Positions 18,601-28,030 of a stretch of DNA of 64,000 bases are shown here, one piece after another. The notes beneath the pieces are model-generated. The model did not search any database. It was not told the DNA's origin and worked only from the letters and a program-made list of their open reading frames with translations. Numbering within the stretch: the first letter of the stretch is position 1; each line of letters begins with the position of its first letter. Source of the DNA: Bacteroidota bacterium (GTDB taxonomy: Bacteria > Bacteroidota > Bacteroidia > Bacteroidales > FEN-979); the NCBI GenBank assembly GCA_026391835.1, contig JAPLDF010000042.1:552-64551 (forward strand), written 5' to 3'. Made by a program: the position numbers and the translations under genes.

Positions 18601-20938
18601 TCCATTGATATGCCGGGGAGGTGCCACCGTTTGTCGGAATTGCTGTGAAGGTCACAATGGTTCCTTCGCAAACTGGATTTGCCGATGCTGTAACCGATAC
18701 TGCAACAGTTTGCGATGGGTTCACTTCCATGGTGACGATATTCGATGTAGCAGGGCTTCCGGTTTTACATGGTAAAGAGGATGTCATTTTACAGCCGACC
18801 TGGTTTCCGTTGGCCGGAACATAAGCATATGTTGCATTTGTGGCACCCTGGACATCTGTACCATCCACCTGCCACTGATATGCAGGTGGAGTGCCACCGT
18901 TTACAGGAGTGGCAGTGAAAACAACACTGGTTCCCTGGCAAACAGGATTGGCTGAGGGTAAAACCGAAACGCTTGCAGGCAGCATCTGGTTGACTGTCAT
19001 TTGCACGATGTTCGATAGTGCCGGGTTCCCGGTTGAACACTGAACAGATGAGGTCAGTTGGCAACTGACCAGGTCGTCGTTCCCCGGGATATAAGAATAA
19101 GTTGCCGTAGTTGCACCGGGAACATCTGAACCGTTCACCTTCCACTGGTAGGAAGGATCGGTTCCGCCATTCACCGGGGTAGCTGTGAAATCAACAATAT
19201 TGCCGGTACATGACGGATTTGCTGAAGCTGCTATTGATAAGCTGACCGGCAGGTTTCCATTTACGGTTACGCCGATCGTTTCGGATAATGCAGGATTGTT
19301 TGAAACACATGAAAGACTAGAGGTCAGTTGGCATGAAACCAAATTGCCACTGGCAGGAACAAAGGTATAGGTGGAATTTGTTGCGCCCGGAATGTCCGAT
19401 CCATTCAGTTTCCATTGATATGAAGGAGTCTGGCCACCGTTTACAGGCACAGCGTAATATGTAACCGCGGTGCCGGCGCAAACAGTGCTGGCAGAGCTGG
19501 TAATTGAAACGCTGACAGGAACAAGGGGGACAATAACTGCAGTATGGGTTGATGTTTTGGGCCCGTTACAACCCTGTGCCATGGCAGTGATCACGGAGGT
19601 GCCACTCCAGGATGATGTATAGGTTACGGCCCCGGTATTGGGGTTGATCGTGTTGTTGGCAAGCAAACTGAGGGCATCAAGGCTGTAGGTTATACCGGTT
19701 GAATGAACAGCTGTTGCATAATAGGCAACAGTTCCATCTCCCTGGCAGCGGGAAGATGTTTCCCCGTTTGCAAATACAGGATACCCGACTTCACTTTTCT
19801 CATTCACCTGTCCGTTGACATAATACATCGTCATCGGTTCGTCACCCAATGCAACCTGTATGCCGTCAAGATATTGGCAGGAAGTTCCATTGTCGAACCA
19901 GGTCAGGTAGGTTGAACCGCCGTTATAGTTAAAATGCATGGTGAAAAGAACGGTATTGTCAGCATAGTTGATGCCCTGGGTGGCGGAACTCGTAACGACA
20001 ACCTCACCAGGTACCGTGACATTGAATGACAAACCGGGATATCCCGATGTGTTGGTAGCTTCCGAAAAGTTAAGTACTTCAGGATTATAATGGAGTGTCA
20101 GGGTAATATTTCCGATATTTATAAAACCGGCGACATTTACCGGGATGACAACGGATGTACCGGGGCAAGCCATCAGGTTTGGTATGGTGGTGATCGGAGC
20201 TCCCGAATACTCGCTTGTTATCAGGGAATCTACGTCTCCGTATGCAATTTTGTTATTATTGTCAGCATAAGCCCGCACGTAATATTTAGTGTTTGCAATG
20301 AGTCCGTTAATTTGACTGATAAAAGCGCCCGTACCTGTTCCATTCCTGGTTGTATCATCCTCAATCGTAGGTTTTGGGGAGGTACTCCAGCATACACCGC
20401 GCACGGTAACAGGCGAGCCGCCGTCATCGGTAATATAGCCGCCGCTCATCGCGCTTCTTTGCGTGATGTGGCAGCAGGTTGAGGTTGTCAGAAGGGCGGC
20501 ACAGCCTCCCCATGTTGGCTGGCCATTGCAGAAGGAGAGCTGCTGACCGTGCATCCCCGGGGGAATTGTCACCCAGGCTGAACCATTCCAGAAAAGCATG
20601 TCTCCGCGGTTGGCACCCTGGGGCGTTGCAACAGCAACCCACTGAACACCACTCCAGAAATAATAACCCGGGATCACCTTGTTAGAATCAATGCCGCCGC
20701 TGGCTGTGTTAAACACCAGCAGGCCGATCGCAACAGGTGATGCAACCGGTGCGGCAGTGCGCAGTGATGTCAATGCGACCCTTGGCGGCAGGAAACCTTT
20801 TATGGATGATTTTACATCGAGCATGGCCGAGGGATCTGGCTGGCTTCCATCTGAGTTTATCCCCACCTGGGCATGTAACCCCATGGTGAAAAACATCAGC
20901 AAAAATGTCAAACCGGAAAGTATTAAGTGCTTTTTCAT
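15653..20938 (-). CDS. 1,761-aa secreted modular surface protein: conserved N-terminal motif, FN3-like and cohesin-like domains, about 12 Ig-like repeats, C-terminal FISUMP domain
   Basis: Intact ORF with signal peptide MKKHLILSGLTFLLMFFTMGLHAQ. N-terminal motif SAMLDVKSSIKGFLPPRV. Cohesin-like segment at aa 250-380 (CPGTSVVIPVNVAGFINIGNITLTLHYNPEVLNF). 11 canonical repeats plus 1 variant carry P.YQWK.NG. The C-terminal about 200 aa match the FISUMP pattern (YNTVQIGTQCWLRENI, GGLYQWNEMM, CPSGWHIPTEAEF, NEYGFTALPGG, VRCLKN). No T9SS CTD was recognised. Confidence 0.85.
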   Translation of the reverse strand: MKKHLILSGLTFLLMFFTMGLHAQVGINSDGSQPDPSAMLDVKSSIKGFLPPRVALTSLRTAAPVASPVAIGLLVFNTASGGIDSNKVIPGYYFWSGVQWVAVATPQGANRGDMLFWNGSAWVTIPPGMHGQQLSFCNGQPTWGGCAALLTTSTCCHITQRSAMSGGYITDDGGSPVTVRGVCWSTSPKPTIEDDTTRNGTGTGAFISQINGLIANTKYYVRAYADNNNKIAYGDVDSLITSEYSGAPITTIPNLMACPGTSVVIPVNVAGFINIGNITLTLHYNPEVLNFSEATNTSGYPGLSFNVTVPGEVVVTSSATQGINYADNTVLFTMHFNYNGGSTYLTWFDNGTSCQYLDGIQVALGDEPMTMYYVNGQVNEKSEVGYPVFANGETSSRCQGDGTVAYYATAVHSTGITYSLDALSLLANNTINPNTGAVTYTSSWSGTSVITAMAQGCNGPKTSTHTAVIVPLVPVSVSITSSASTVCAGTAVTYYAVPVNGGQTPSYQWKLNGSDIPGATNSTYTFVPASGNLVSCQLTSSLSCVSNNPALSETIGVTVNGNLPVSLSIAASANPSCTGNIVDFTATPVNGGTDPSYQWKVNGSDVPGATTATYSYIPGNDDLVSCQLTSSVQCSTGNPALSNIVQMTVNQMLPASVSVLPSANPVCQGTSVVFTATPVNGGTPPAYQWQVDGTDVQGATNATYAYVPANGNQVGCKMTSSLPCKTGSPATSNIVTMEVNPSQTVAVSVTASANPVCEGTIVTFTAIPTNGGTSPAYQWKVNGLDKPGETNATYSYIPVSGDLVKCELTANVTCPSANPVVSNPVTMTVNPLLPVSVSISTPVNPVCAGTNVTFTAIPVNGGTQPAYQWMTNDEDIPGATNATYSFVAVNPVQIKCTLTSSVACPTGNPGISNVIALGINPLLPVSATITASENQVCQGTSVTFIAIPVNGGTIPAYQWKVNGSNAGTSSDHFTYVPSNNDKVTCTLTSNIQCTSGNPAFSNEESMTVTPRLVAGSISGDQTIVVGMTPAELIGVPPSNGTSPVYQMQFSTDNITFSDIPGATSLNYQAGPLTETTYYRQLQNATGTCGGSLPTNTVTIIVNPALSAGVSIICNPEDAMCQGALVTVTATPVNGGNSPLFQWKVNGNSVGSNSATYIYAPQNGDVIHCEMTSSLPYVSNNPASSNADTMMVNPSPGNTSVTVAAVPAGAVCAGTLVEFTATPIDGGAFPDYQWKINGANVGENNPVYSYVPVNGDKVLCVLTSNAPCAIGSPATSIADTITVNPILPVTITVTPSANNVCAGTSVTFTTTIGNGGTSPAYQWFVNGTIVTGATDAAYTYIPANSDAVKCELASNALCPSNSSVFSNVVAMTVNPLLPVSLTITASANPSCTGSAVTFSLTLVNGGTAPTYQWKLNGNIIIGATNATYTYVPLNNHAISCVATSNAPCATGNPATSNVINMTVNPLVPVKASIVASLYAVMPGTQVTFTATVENGGTSPVYQWKVNNVAVGTNSSTYTYTPANYDKVTCVVTSNYSVSCLSNNPASSNRLAMVVYTTGTACTGLPTVSYGGLTYNTVQIGTQCWLRENINLGTKLNITVAQTNNAVVEKYCYNDSLINCDMYGGLYQWNEMMQYVTTPGTQGICPSGWHIPTEAEFITLATYAGGISVAGGKLKEAGTSHFRAPNTSATNEYGFTALPGGSSYNYGGSIFYTNIYQTGYFHTSTDYASPNGPVFRSVSLSVASLGSYYNLKSTGNPVRCLKN
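16320..19528 (-). repeat. About 12 tandem coding repeats of about 240-260 bp (80-85 aa Ig-like modules with the motif C.G..V.F.A.P.NGG..P.YQWK.NG)
   Basis: Counted from the protein: PSYQWKLNG, PSYQWKVNG, PAYQWQVDG, PAYQWKVNG, PAYQWMTND, PAYQWKVNG, a variant SPVYQMQFS, PLFQWKVNG, PDYQWKING, PAYQWFVNG, PTYQWKLNG, PVYQWKVNN. The first repeat starts near aa 471. Confidence 0.8.
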
Positions 20939-21644
20939 TTGGAATTGTTTTTAAATTAATTCAATTTTCACAATTATATATTTATTCATTCTCTAAATAT
21001 TTTCGTTAATTCTTATCATTCTGAAAATCAACAATAAACATCAATGAAACATCCAAATTTCAACAATAACTGTTTTTGTTGTTAGGGAAGTTAAGCCACT
21101 AGCTGCTTATTATTTTCAGGAAATTAAAGAACAATCTTGTTGTGAACCAATGAAAATTATTAAAAAGTCTCCATATTGCCACATTCTACGCACCAACCGT
21201 TAATAAGTTTCAAAAAAGGTAAAAAAAAATATAAAACAGGAACCTGAATTCCAGTTTTTAAAATGTTGAAAAACACAGATAAAATGTTATGTTCATTGTT
21301 TTTCATTGCTTTTTTTTCGAACTCCTTAATCATTATCTCCGGTACCTGTTTATTAAATCACTTTTCTAATCCTTACAAAATTACATTGTATAGAACTGAT
21401 TGTCAATTGGGTAAAACCGTACAAAATTCTTATGGGAAAACGGAATCAAAAAATTTGATCAAATTGCATGAAACTACATATCAGCAGGTAACATTTTTTT
21501 CTTGGCGTGCATTTTTTTTTCGGGAAATAAAAAAAAACAGCAAAATTGCCACTGATACATGACGGGTTGAGGAAAAATGCAATAAAGGAGGGGAACCCGG
21601 CTTATGTTACAAAAAACCGGGGCAACCGTTTAAGAATGTGGAGA

Positions 21645-22934
21645 TTATCGTTTAGGCGCCAGAAAACGGTTAAACAAAAGTAACCCTATAATGGTGAGAA
21701 CACCGATCATGCTGAAGGTGAGCCACAACAAGGCAGGCTGGTTCATCTTTTCCACGAACCTCACATACAGTGCTGCACCGAGAATGCCTCCTACCCCGCT
21801 CCCGATCACACCGTACATAAAGGACCAGCCCTGGTACAGGGCTTTCTTATCGGCGGGGGCGATCAAACCTACATATGCAATGAATTTCGGATGGGCGATC
21901 ATTTCGCCAAGTGTGAATACAAACATGGAAGCCAGGAAGATCCAGCCGCTGGGGGAGATGGCAAGCATCGCCATGCCGATTGAACCCAGAGAAATGCCAA
22001 AAATCATCGTCGGCAACGCCTTCGTTTTGCGCACGAGGCTGGATACCAATAGCTGAAGAAGAATGATCGCCCCCGCATTCATCACTGTAACATGCTCTGC
22101 ATCAAACTTCCATGTGGGGTGTTCCAGGAATAATGAAAGGATGCCATTTATAAGGTTGTTGAATCCTGTCATATCAACTTTTTCATTCAGGTACCATAGC
22201 ACGGAATCATACACCTGGAAATACATGATCCAGAACCCTGAATAAATGACGATCATCAGGATAAAACGATAGTCGCGCAAAACTGTAAGCATCTCCGTGA
22301 AAACCTGCCTGACCGGTTTTGCCACCCTTGCCCCTGTCGGTTCTTTGTAAACAAAATAATTCAGCAGCAAGAGCCAGCCAGTACCAACCGCCGCCATGAA
22401 AAAGATATAATTGTAGGAGATGGATTTCAGATAGGGCACCAGGATTAACGGGAACAGGAAGGCCCCGAGGTTGATGGACCAGTAGTAGATGCCGAATCCC
22501 AGCGAGGAGGTCGATTCATCGGTCACGCGTGCAATCGTACCGGAAATCATGGGTTTAAAAAAACCGGCGCCAAGTGCCACTAGAATCAGGCTGCCAAAAA
22601 CAGTGACATACGTGGTTGAGAAGCCTGCAAACCAGTATCCGAGGCTCATCGTGAAAAAAGCAAAGAACAGTACCTTGCGGTAACCGAACCTGTCGCCAAT
22701 CGCTCCCGATAAAATAGGCAGGAAATAGAGCAGAGGGGTGATGGTGCTTTTTATCACACCTACACTCTCCTTTGAAAAACCCAGGCCTCCCTCCTGCTTC
22801 GACAACACCAGGTAAACTGAAAGCACCGACATCACACCATAATATGATCCACGTTCAAAAAATTCCATGGAGATGGCTGTCCAGAAATTTTTCGGGAAAG
22901 AAGCGAGGCTTTTTGAGGATAATGATTTTGTCAT
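21645..22934 (-). CDS. MFS peptide transporter, POT/PTR2 family
   Basis: 429 aa and polytopic. The motif EFFERGSYYGVMSVLSVYL matches the PTR2 signature ExxERFxYYG. Confidence 0.8.
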   Translation of the reverse strand: MTKSLSSKSLASFPKNFWTAISMEFFERGSYYGVMSVLSVYLVLSKQEGGLGFSKESVGVIKSTITPLLYFLPILSGAIGDRFGYRKVLFFAFFTMSLGYWFAGFSTTYVTVFGSLILVALGAGFFKPMISGTIARVTDESTSSLGFGIYYWSINLGAFLFPLILVPYLKSISYNYIFFMAAVGTGWLLLLNYFVYKEPTGARVAKPVRQVFTEMLTVLRDYRFILMIVIYSGFWIMYFQVYDSVLWYLNEKVDMTGFNNLINGILSLFLEHPTWKFDAEHVTVMNAGAIILLQLLVSSLVRKTKALPTMIFGISLGSIGMAMLAISPSGWIFLASMFVFTLGEMIAHPKFIAYVGLIAPADKKALYQGWSFMYGVIGSGVGGILGAALYVRFVEKMNQPALLWLTFSMIGVLTIIGLLLFNRFLAPKR

Positions 22935-22982
22935 GAAACAGGTTCAATTGATTCACGGCGAAAATACCGAAAAAAATCTTTG

Positions 22983-22990
22983 TAATTTTG
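22983..22990 (+). promoter_or_regulatory. Candidate -7 box TAATTTTG upstream of the kinase gene
   Basis: Exact TAnnTTTG match, 20 nt upstream of ATG 23010. Confidence 0.45.
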
Positions 22991-23009
22991 TCGGGTTAAC
23001 ATATAGATA

Positions 23010-24101
23010 ATGGATCTTCTCAAAAACATTGTCAGCCAATTTACTACAGAGGGTGAAGTTATATCTGCACAACCTTTTGGTTCCGGCCACATCAACGACT
23101 CCTACCTTGTTATTACGTTTCCGGAATCCGCCCCCGATTACGTGCTCCAGCGGATCAACCATCACATTTTCAATAACGTACACGAACTTACCTGCAACAT
23201 CCTCAAGGTAACAGGCCATATCGGGCAAAAGCTCCTCACCATGTCTCCCGGTCTTCACGGCTTCGAGGTTATCCATTTGATCGGAACCACAGAAGGTGGC
23301 TTTTATTTTCACGACCAGGATGGTAACTACTGGCGCATGTACAACCATGTGCGCGGCAGCAGGAGTTACGACAAGGTCATCTCAGCCAGCCTGGCGTCTG
23401 AAGGAGGCAAGGCATTTGGCATATTCCAGCACCTGACATCTGATATGGACGCATCCACGTTGTTTGAGGTTCTTCCTGATTTCCATAATATTGCACCACG
23501 CCTGGCTAAATTCAGGGAGTTGGTGACAGATGATCCGGCAAAGAGGGTGAACGATGCTGAATCAGAAATCGCTTTTATAGAATCCCGGGCGGAGGAGATG
23601 CATACCATCCTGCGCCTCGGTGAGTTGGGACAGATCCCCGTGCGTGTCACCCACAACGATACTAAATTCAACAACATCCTGTTTACTCCTGACAACAAGG
23701 CTGTTTCGGTTGTGGACCTTGATACCGTGATGCCCGGTTATATTTTATACGATTTTGGCGATGCCATCCGCACAGGCGCCAGTACCGCCGCTGAAGACGA
23801 GGCGGATCTTTCCAGGGTCAACATTGACCTTACCCTGTTTGAGGCCTATGCAGGAGGTTACCTCGGAATAGCCCGGAATTTCCTGACTGCAATCGAAATT
23901 GACCACCTTGCCTTCTCCGCCAAATTCATGACATACATCATCGGTTTGCGGTTTTTAACCGACCATCTCGATGGCGACCATTACTACAAAACCGGCTTCC
24001 CCGGACATAACCTGCAGCGGGCCAGGACACAATTCAGACTGCTGCAAAGCATGGAGCAGCATTTCGATGAAATGCAGATGATTATCCGGAAATTCAAATG
24101 A
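23010..24101 (+). CDS. APH-fold sugar kinase, likely N-acetylhexosamine 1-kinase (NahK-like)
   Basis: 363 aa. Contains FGSGHINDSYLV, the Brenner-type catalytic motif HNDTKFNNILF and the metal-binding motif VVDLDTVMPGYILYDFGD. It sits immediately upstream of a GH20 hexosaminidase. Confidence 0.65.
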   Translation: MDLLKNIVSQFTTEGEVISAQPFGSGHINDSYLVITFPESAPDYVLQRINHHIFNNVHELTCNILKVTGHIGQKLLTMSPGLHGFEVIHLIGTTEGGFYFHDQDGNYWRMYNHVRGSRSYDKVISASLASEGGKAFGIFQHLTSDMDASTLFEVLPDFHNIAPRLAKFRELVTDDPAKRVNDAESEIAFIESRAEEMHTILRLGELGQIPVRVTHNDTKFNNILFTPDNKAVSVVDLDTVMPGYILYDFGDAIRTGASTAAEDEADLSRVNIDLTLFEAYAGGYLGIARNFLTAIEIDHLAFSAKFMTYIIGLRFLTDHLDGDHYYKTGFPGHNLQRARTQFRLLQSMEQHFDEMQMIIRKFK

Positions 24102-24146
24102 TTTTATTGCTTATTTTGCATAAAATATTGCTTAACTATTAATTAT

Positions 24147-26510
24147 ATGCGCTGTTTTATCTTTTGTTGCTTTTTCCTCCTGGTACCTTTTGTTTTCCAG
24201 GCAGGTACACTTCCCGATTCAAATGGTATTTCCATTGTCCCTAAACCGGTCATGATGAAAACCGGGGCTGGCCAGTTCGTAATCAACCGGCTTACACTTA
24301 TTCTTGTGGAGGGCCATGACGAAGAAGTGACCAAAATTGCCAGGATTTTTGCTGACCGGATCCGGTATTCCGGAGGTCCGTTGATTGAAGTCAGGGAGAT
24401 GACCAAAGAAGACAAAAACCTTCCGGCAGTTGTGTTCGCGCGCAAATTGCAACATTCAACCCTGCCCGATGAAGGTTATGAACTGAATATCACAACAAAA
24501 AAAGTTCTCCTTACTGCAAAGACCGGTGCGGGCCTTTTTTACGGGGTCCAAACACTCTTTCAACTGCTTCCTGCGGATATTTCATCACATAACCTGCCTA
24601 TGTCCCGCAAGGAATGGGAATTGCCTGCTGTCAGGATTTCAGACTACCCGAGATATCCATATCGCGGAATGCACCTTGATGTTTCCCGTCATTTTTTTCC
24701 GAAAGAGTTCATCAAACGGTACATCGACCTGATCTCCATGTATAAAATGAACACCTTTCACTGGCACCTGACCGATGACAACGGGTGGCGGATTGAGATA
24801 AAGAAGTACCCGAAGCTGATGCAGATCGGGGCCTGGCATGTCGACCATGAAGACAAACCCTGGGGAGAACGTCCGGCACAGCAGGAAGGTGAAAGGGCCA
24901 CCTACGGGGGGTACTATTCGCAGGATGAAATCCGGGAAATCGTACAATATGCCGCCGACCGCTATGTTACAGTCATTCCTGAAATCGAGATGCCGGCCCA
25001 TTCCGTTGAAGTTCTTGCTGCCTACCCTCAATTTTCATGCACCAGGGGCCCGTTTACCGTTCCGCCCGGAAGCTACTGGCCCAACATCGATATTCTTTGT
25101 GCCGGCAATGATTCCGTATTCACCTTTATGGAAGACGTACTTACGGAAGTCATGGCTCTTTTCCCGTCAAAATACATCCATGTGGGTGGCGACGAAGCAG
25201 ATAAAACCAACTGGAAAAAGTGTCCGAAATGCCAGGAACGGATGAAGGCCGAGGGGCTGAAAAATGAGAAAGAGCTGCAGAGTTATTTCATAAAGCGTAT
25301 CGAAAAATTTATCATATCGAAAAACCATAAGATGATCGGCTGGGACGAAATCCTGGAAGGTGGCCTCGCCCCGGAAGCAACCGTAATGTCGTGGCGCGGT
25401 ATTGAAGGCGGCATTGCAGCAGCAAGGCAGGGTCACGACGCCATCATGACACCAGGCTCATACTGCTATTTCGATTATTACCAGGCAGATCCGGCCAACG
25501 AGCCGAAGGCTATCGGCGGTCTTGTCACGCTGAAAAAGGTATACTCCTTTGAACCAACACCGGGTGAACTTACTGCCCGGGAAGCCAGGCACATCCTGGG
25601 TGCACAGGGAAACCTGTGGGCTGAATTCATCCCCACACCCGCCCATGCCGAGTATATGGCGGTTCCCCGCATGATCGCCCTTGCTGAAGTGGTGTGGTCT
25701 CCCAAATCCGCAAGAAACTGGACCGATTTCCGGCACCGCATGGCAGCGCAGTATGTCCGGCTCACCAGGATGAAAGTGAACTACAGCAAAGGCTCATTCA
25801 AGGCTGAAGTGAATACTGAATTTGACAAAAAAACAAATTCTGTCAGGCTGATCCTCGGTTCTGAACAGCTGGATGTGCCTATCCGCTATACGCTCGACGG
25901 GAATGATGTAAAACCAACTTCGCCGGAGTATTCCGCCCCGGTTGAGATAAAGGGGAACGGCGTCATCAAGGCCGGGTTGTTTGTCGACGGCCAGTTAAAA
26001 GAGAAAGCCACTGAAATGCCCCTTATTTTTCACCTTGGCATCGGGAAGCCGGTGAAATATCTAACCAGTTACTCTGACCGATACCCGGCGGCGGGCAATA
26101 TTGCGCTTACCGATGGTTTGCGCGGATCGGTCAATCACCGCGACGGGCTTTGGCAGGGTTATCTTGGCAACGACCTTGACCTGATCATCGATCTCGGCCG
26201 TGAAATCCCGGTAAATTCAGTGCAGGCAAATTTTCTTCAAAATCAACGCAGCTGGATCTTTCTGCCGGTTGTGGTGGAATACTCGCTGTCGTCGGACGGC
26301 AAAAAATACCACTCGTTCAACGAGGTGTTAACCAGCATCTCCCCAAAAGAAGACCAGGTCTTCATTCAGCCATTCAATTTTCAGTTCATGGCAAATTCAA
26401 AAGCAAGGTATATCAGGGTTAAAGCCAAAAACCTTGGAAAATGCCCCTCATGGCATGAAGGTGCCGGGGAACCCTGCTGGTTGTTTGCAGATGAAATCGT
26501 CGTCTTTTAG
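24147..26510 (+). CDS. GH20 beta-N-acetylhexosaminidase with a C-terminal F5/8 type C (discoidin-like) domain
   Basis: Signal peptide. Motifs HWHLTDDNGWRIEIKKYP, IHVGGDEADK and GWDEILEGG. The C-terminus (ARYIRVKAKNLG…CWLFADEIVV) is discoidin-like. Confidence 0.9.
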   Translation: MRCFIFCCFFLLVPFVFQAGTLPDSNGISIVPKPVMMKTGAGQFVINRLTLILVEGHDEEVTKIARIFADRIRYSGGPLIEVREMTKEDKNLPAVVFARKLQHSTLPDEGYELNITTKKVLLTAKTGAGLFYGVQTLFQLLPADISSHNLPMSRKEWELPAVRISDYPRYPYRGMHLDVSRHFFPKEFIKRYIDLISMYKMNTFHWHLTDDNGWRIEIKKYPKLMQIGAWHVDHEDKPWGERPAQQEGERATYGGYYSQDEIREIVQYAADRYVTVIPEIEMPAHSVEVLAAYPQFSCTRGPFTVPPGSYWPNIDILCAGNDSVFTFMEDVLTEVMALFPSKYIHVGGDEADKTNWKKCPKCQERMKAEGLKNEKELQSYFIKRIEKFIISKNHKMIGWDEILEGGLAPEATVMSWRGIEGGIAAARQGHDAIMTPGSYCYFDYYQADPANEPKAIGGLVTLKKVYSFEPTPGELTAREARHILGAQGNLWAEFIPTPAHAEYMAVPRMIALAEVVWSPKSARNWTDFRHRMAAQYVRLTRMKVNYSKGSFKAEVNTEFDKKTNSVRLILGSEQLDVPIRYTLDGNDVKPTSPEYSAPVEIKGNGVIKAGLFVDGQLKEKATEMPLIFHLGIGKPVKYLTSYSDRYPAAGNIALTDGLRGSVNHRDGLWQGYLGNDLDLIIDLGREIPVNSVQANFLQNQRSWIFLPVVVEYSLSSDGKKYHSFNEVLTSISPKEDQVFIQPFNFQFMANSKARYIRVKAKNLGKCPSWHEGAGEPCWLFADEIVVF

Positions 26511-27898
26511 TTTTTCACGAACTTGCATACCGACGTTGCCTTGTCCCCGGTAGATTTCAGCAGATAAATACCGTTGGCAAGATCAGACACATCGATGTTT
26601 GTCGCAGGACCCTGCATCTGGCTTTTAAAGACAGCCACCCCGTCGAGCCGGAGAATTTCAACCTGGTAAACAGAATTCCCAGGAACGACCAGGTTTAATT
26701 TTTCACTGACAGGATTTGGATATACCAGGAAACCCGTAGTTGCTCCCTCCCTGGTTCCAAGCGGTGCTGCTGAGGCAGTATTGGAAATCACGCTGAGATT
26801 TTCACTGCCTTTGAGCGAAGGGTTGCATGATTCCGGTTTCAGCACTTCTATATAATAGGTATTTACCCCTGAGGTGGTATACAAATCGGTGTAGGAATCA
26901 ACGTTGCTGGCTACCGAATCAATGACTTCCCAGGCACCCGGATCATGCTTCCTGTGAATTCTGTATGTTAAAAATTCAAAGCCTTCATAGTGGTTCCAGA
27001 TCAGGTTGAACCCTGCAATACCCGGGTTGATGTTCAGGTGGATCGTCTTGTGATAAGCGCTTTTTTCACCCTCGTTTCCTGCGGAATAGGAGGCTGAAAT
27101 ACTGAATTTGTCCGATTTGACCAACGGGTCCGATGTCGGATCAACATACACGCTCATGCTTGTGTAGGGGACTTCGCCGATCTTGGCAAATACATTGTTC
27201 TGGTATGTCTCCTTATAGATATTAAAGTGAGAAACATTAAACCCGGGATACTTATTCCAGATAATTTTGTTTTTATTCAATGTCGTATCAAAAGTTACCA
27301 TGCAGATATTCTGCAGGGCCCCTGAGGTTATAACGGCAATTCCTTCCATCTCGCGCATGCAGTTGGAACCAACAACCGTCGCCATAGCGCTGTATTCACC
27401 AGCCACTGTTTGCAGGCCGAAGGAGATGCTCTGTCCTGTACCCTGCACCCTGTTGGCAGTAAAGCTGCCATTGAACCTTAGTGTATAAAGTATCCCGGTT
27501 TCTGAGCCGGAAAGTCCGACATTGACTGCCGGGTTACCCGGAAAAATTACACCGCCTCCCGTCATGTTGAAGATGCTTGGCTGCGCAACCACCACAACTG
27601 TTTTCGCTGCAGAGCAGGTATACGCCCCCAAAGTGACATTCAAGGTGATATGTTTTTCACCGGGCGTCTCCCATTTCACATAATAAGTTCCACACCCGGA
27701 CCCGGATATGATGACCGCACCGTCAAAATTCCACAAATAGGTTGCATTGACCCCAAAGCCACCGGTATCAACAACCTGCACTTCCTCGTTTACACATGCT
27801 TTATAGGCAGATGTGATTTCACAAACTAGGGGGTTTTGTGCCTTCACTGAAAAGGCAGCAAGAAACAATACAATAATGAGAGTGACGCTCTTTTTCAT
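26507..27898 (-). CDS. T9SS cargo protein (PKD/FN3-like modules plus a type A C-terminal sorting domain)
   Basis: The C-terminus YPNPVSEKLNLVVPG…LANGIYLLKSTGDKATSVCKFVKN is a T9SS CTD pattern. The start is set at the internal MKKSVTLIIVLFLAAFSVKAQ (signal peptide); the ORF extends to 27952. It overlaps the convergent GH20 stop by 4 nt. Confidence 0.8.
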   Translation of the reverse strand: MKKSVTLIIVLFLAAFSVKAQNPLVCEITSAYKACVNEEVQVVDTGGFGVNATYLWNFDGAVIISGSGCGTYYVKWETPGEKHITLNVTLGAYTCSAAKTVVVVAQPSIFNMTGGGVIFPGNPAVNVGLSGSETGILYTLRFNGSFTANRVQGTGQSISFGLQTVAGEYSAMATVVGSNCMREMEGIAVITSGALQNICMVTFDTTLNKNKIIWNKYPGFNVSHFNIYKETYQNNVFAKIGEVPYTSMSVYVDPTSDPLVKSDKFSISASYSAGNEGEKSAYHKTIHLNINPGIAGFNLIWNHYEGFEFLTYRIHRKHDPGAWEVIDSVASNVDSYTDLYTTSGVNTYYIEVLKPESCNPSLKGSENLSVISNTASAAPLGTREGATTGFLVYPNPVSEKLNLVVPGNSVYQVEILRLDGVAVFKSQMQGPATNIDVSDLANGIYLLKSTGDKATSVCKFVKN

Positions 27899-28030
27899 AA
27901 GGAACAGGATTAGAATATTGTGTAAAAATATTACTAATTTCCAAAAAGCCAAAATTTTTGGGAAATTTTTGGTTGGCTATCCCCGGATGAAAGTCAATTC
28001 ATGAGAACGTGTAAGTGTCAGCAATAACTT

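Noticed and set aside
13993-20938. A diversity-generating retroelement (DGR). C-terminal C-type-lectin-fold domains (DUF1566, FISUMP) are typical DGR variable-protein targets.
   Set aside because: The window has no reverse transcriptase gene. I found no template/variable repeat pair, that is, no near-identical 100-130 bp copy of any of the three 3' ends in the flanking intergenic DNA. A distant RT elsewhere in the genome cannot be excluded.
21263-21562. A 99-aa ORF in the 700-bp AT-rich region upstream of the 1,761-aa gene.
   Set aside because: The region is AT-rich with low-complexity homopolymer runs, and the ORF has no domain signal. More likely this is the promoter or leader region of the flanking genes.
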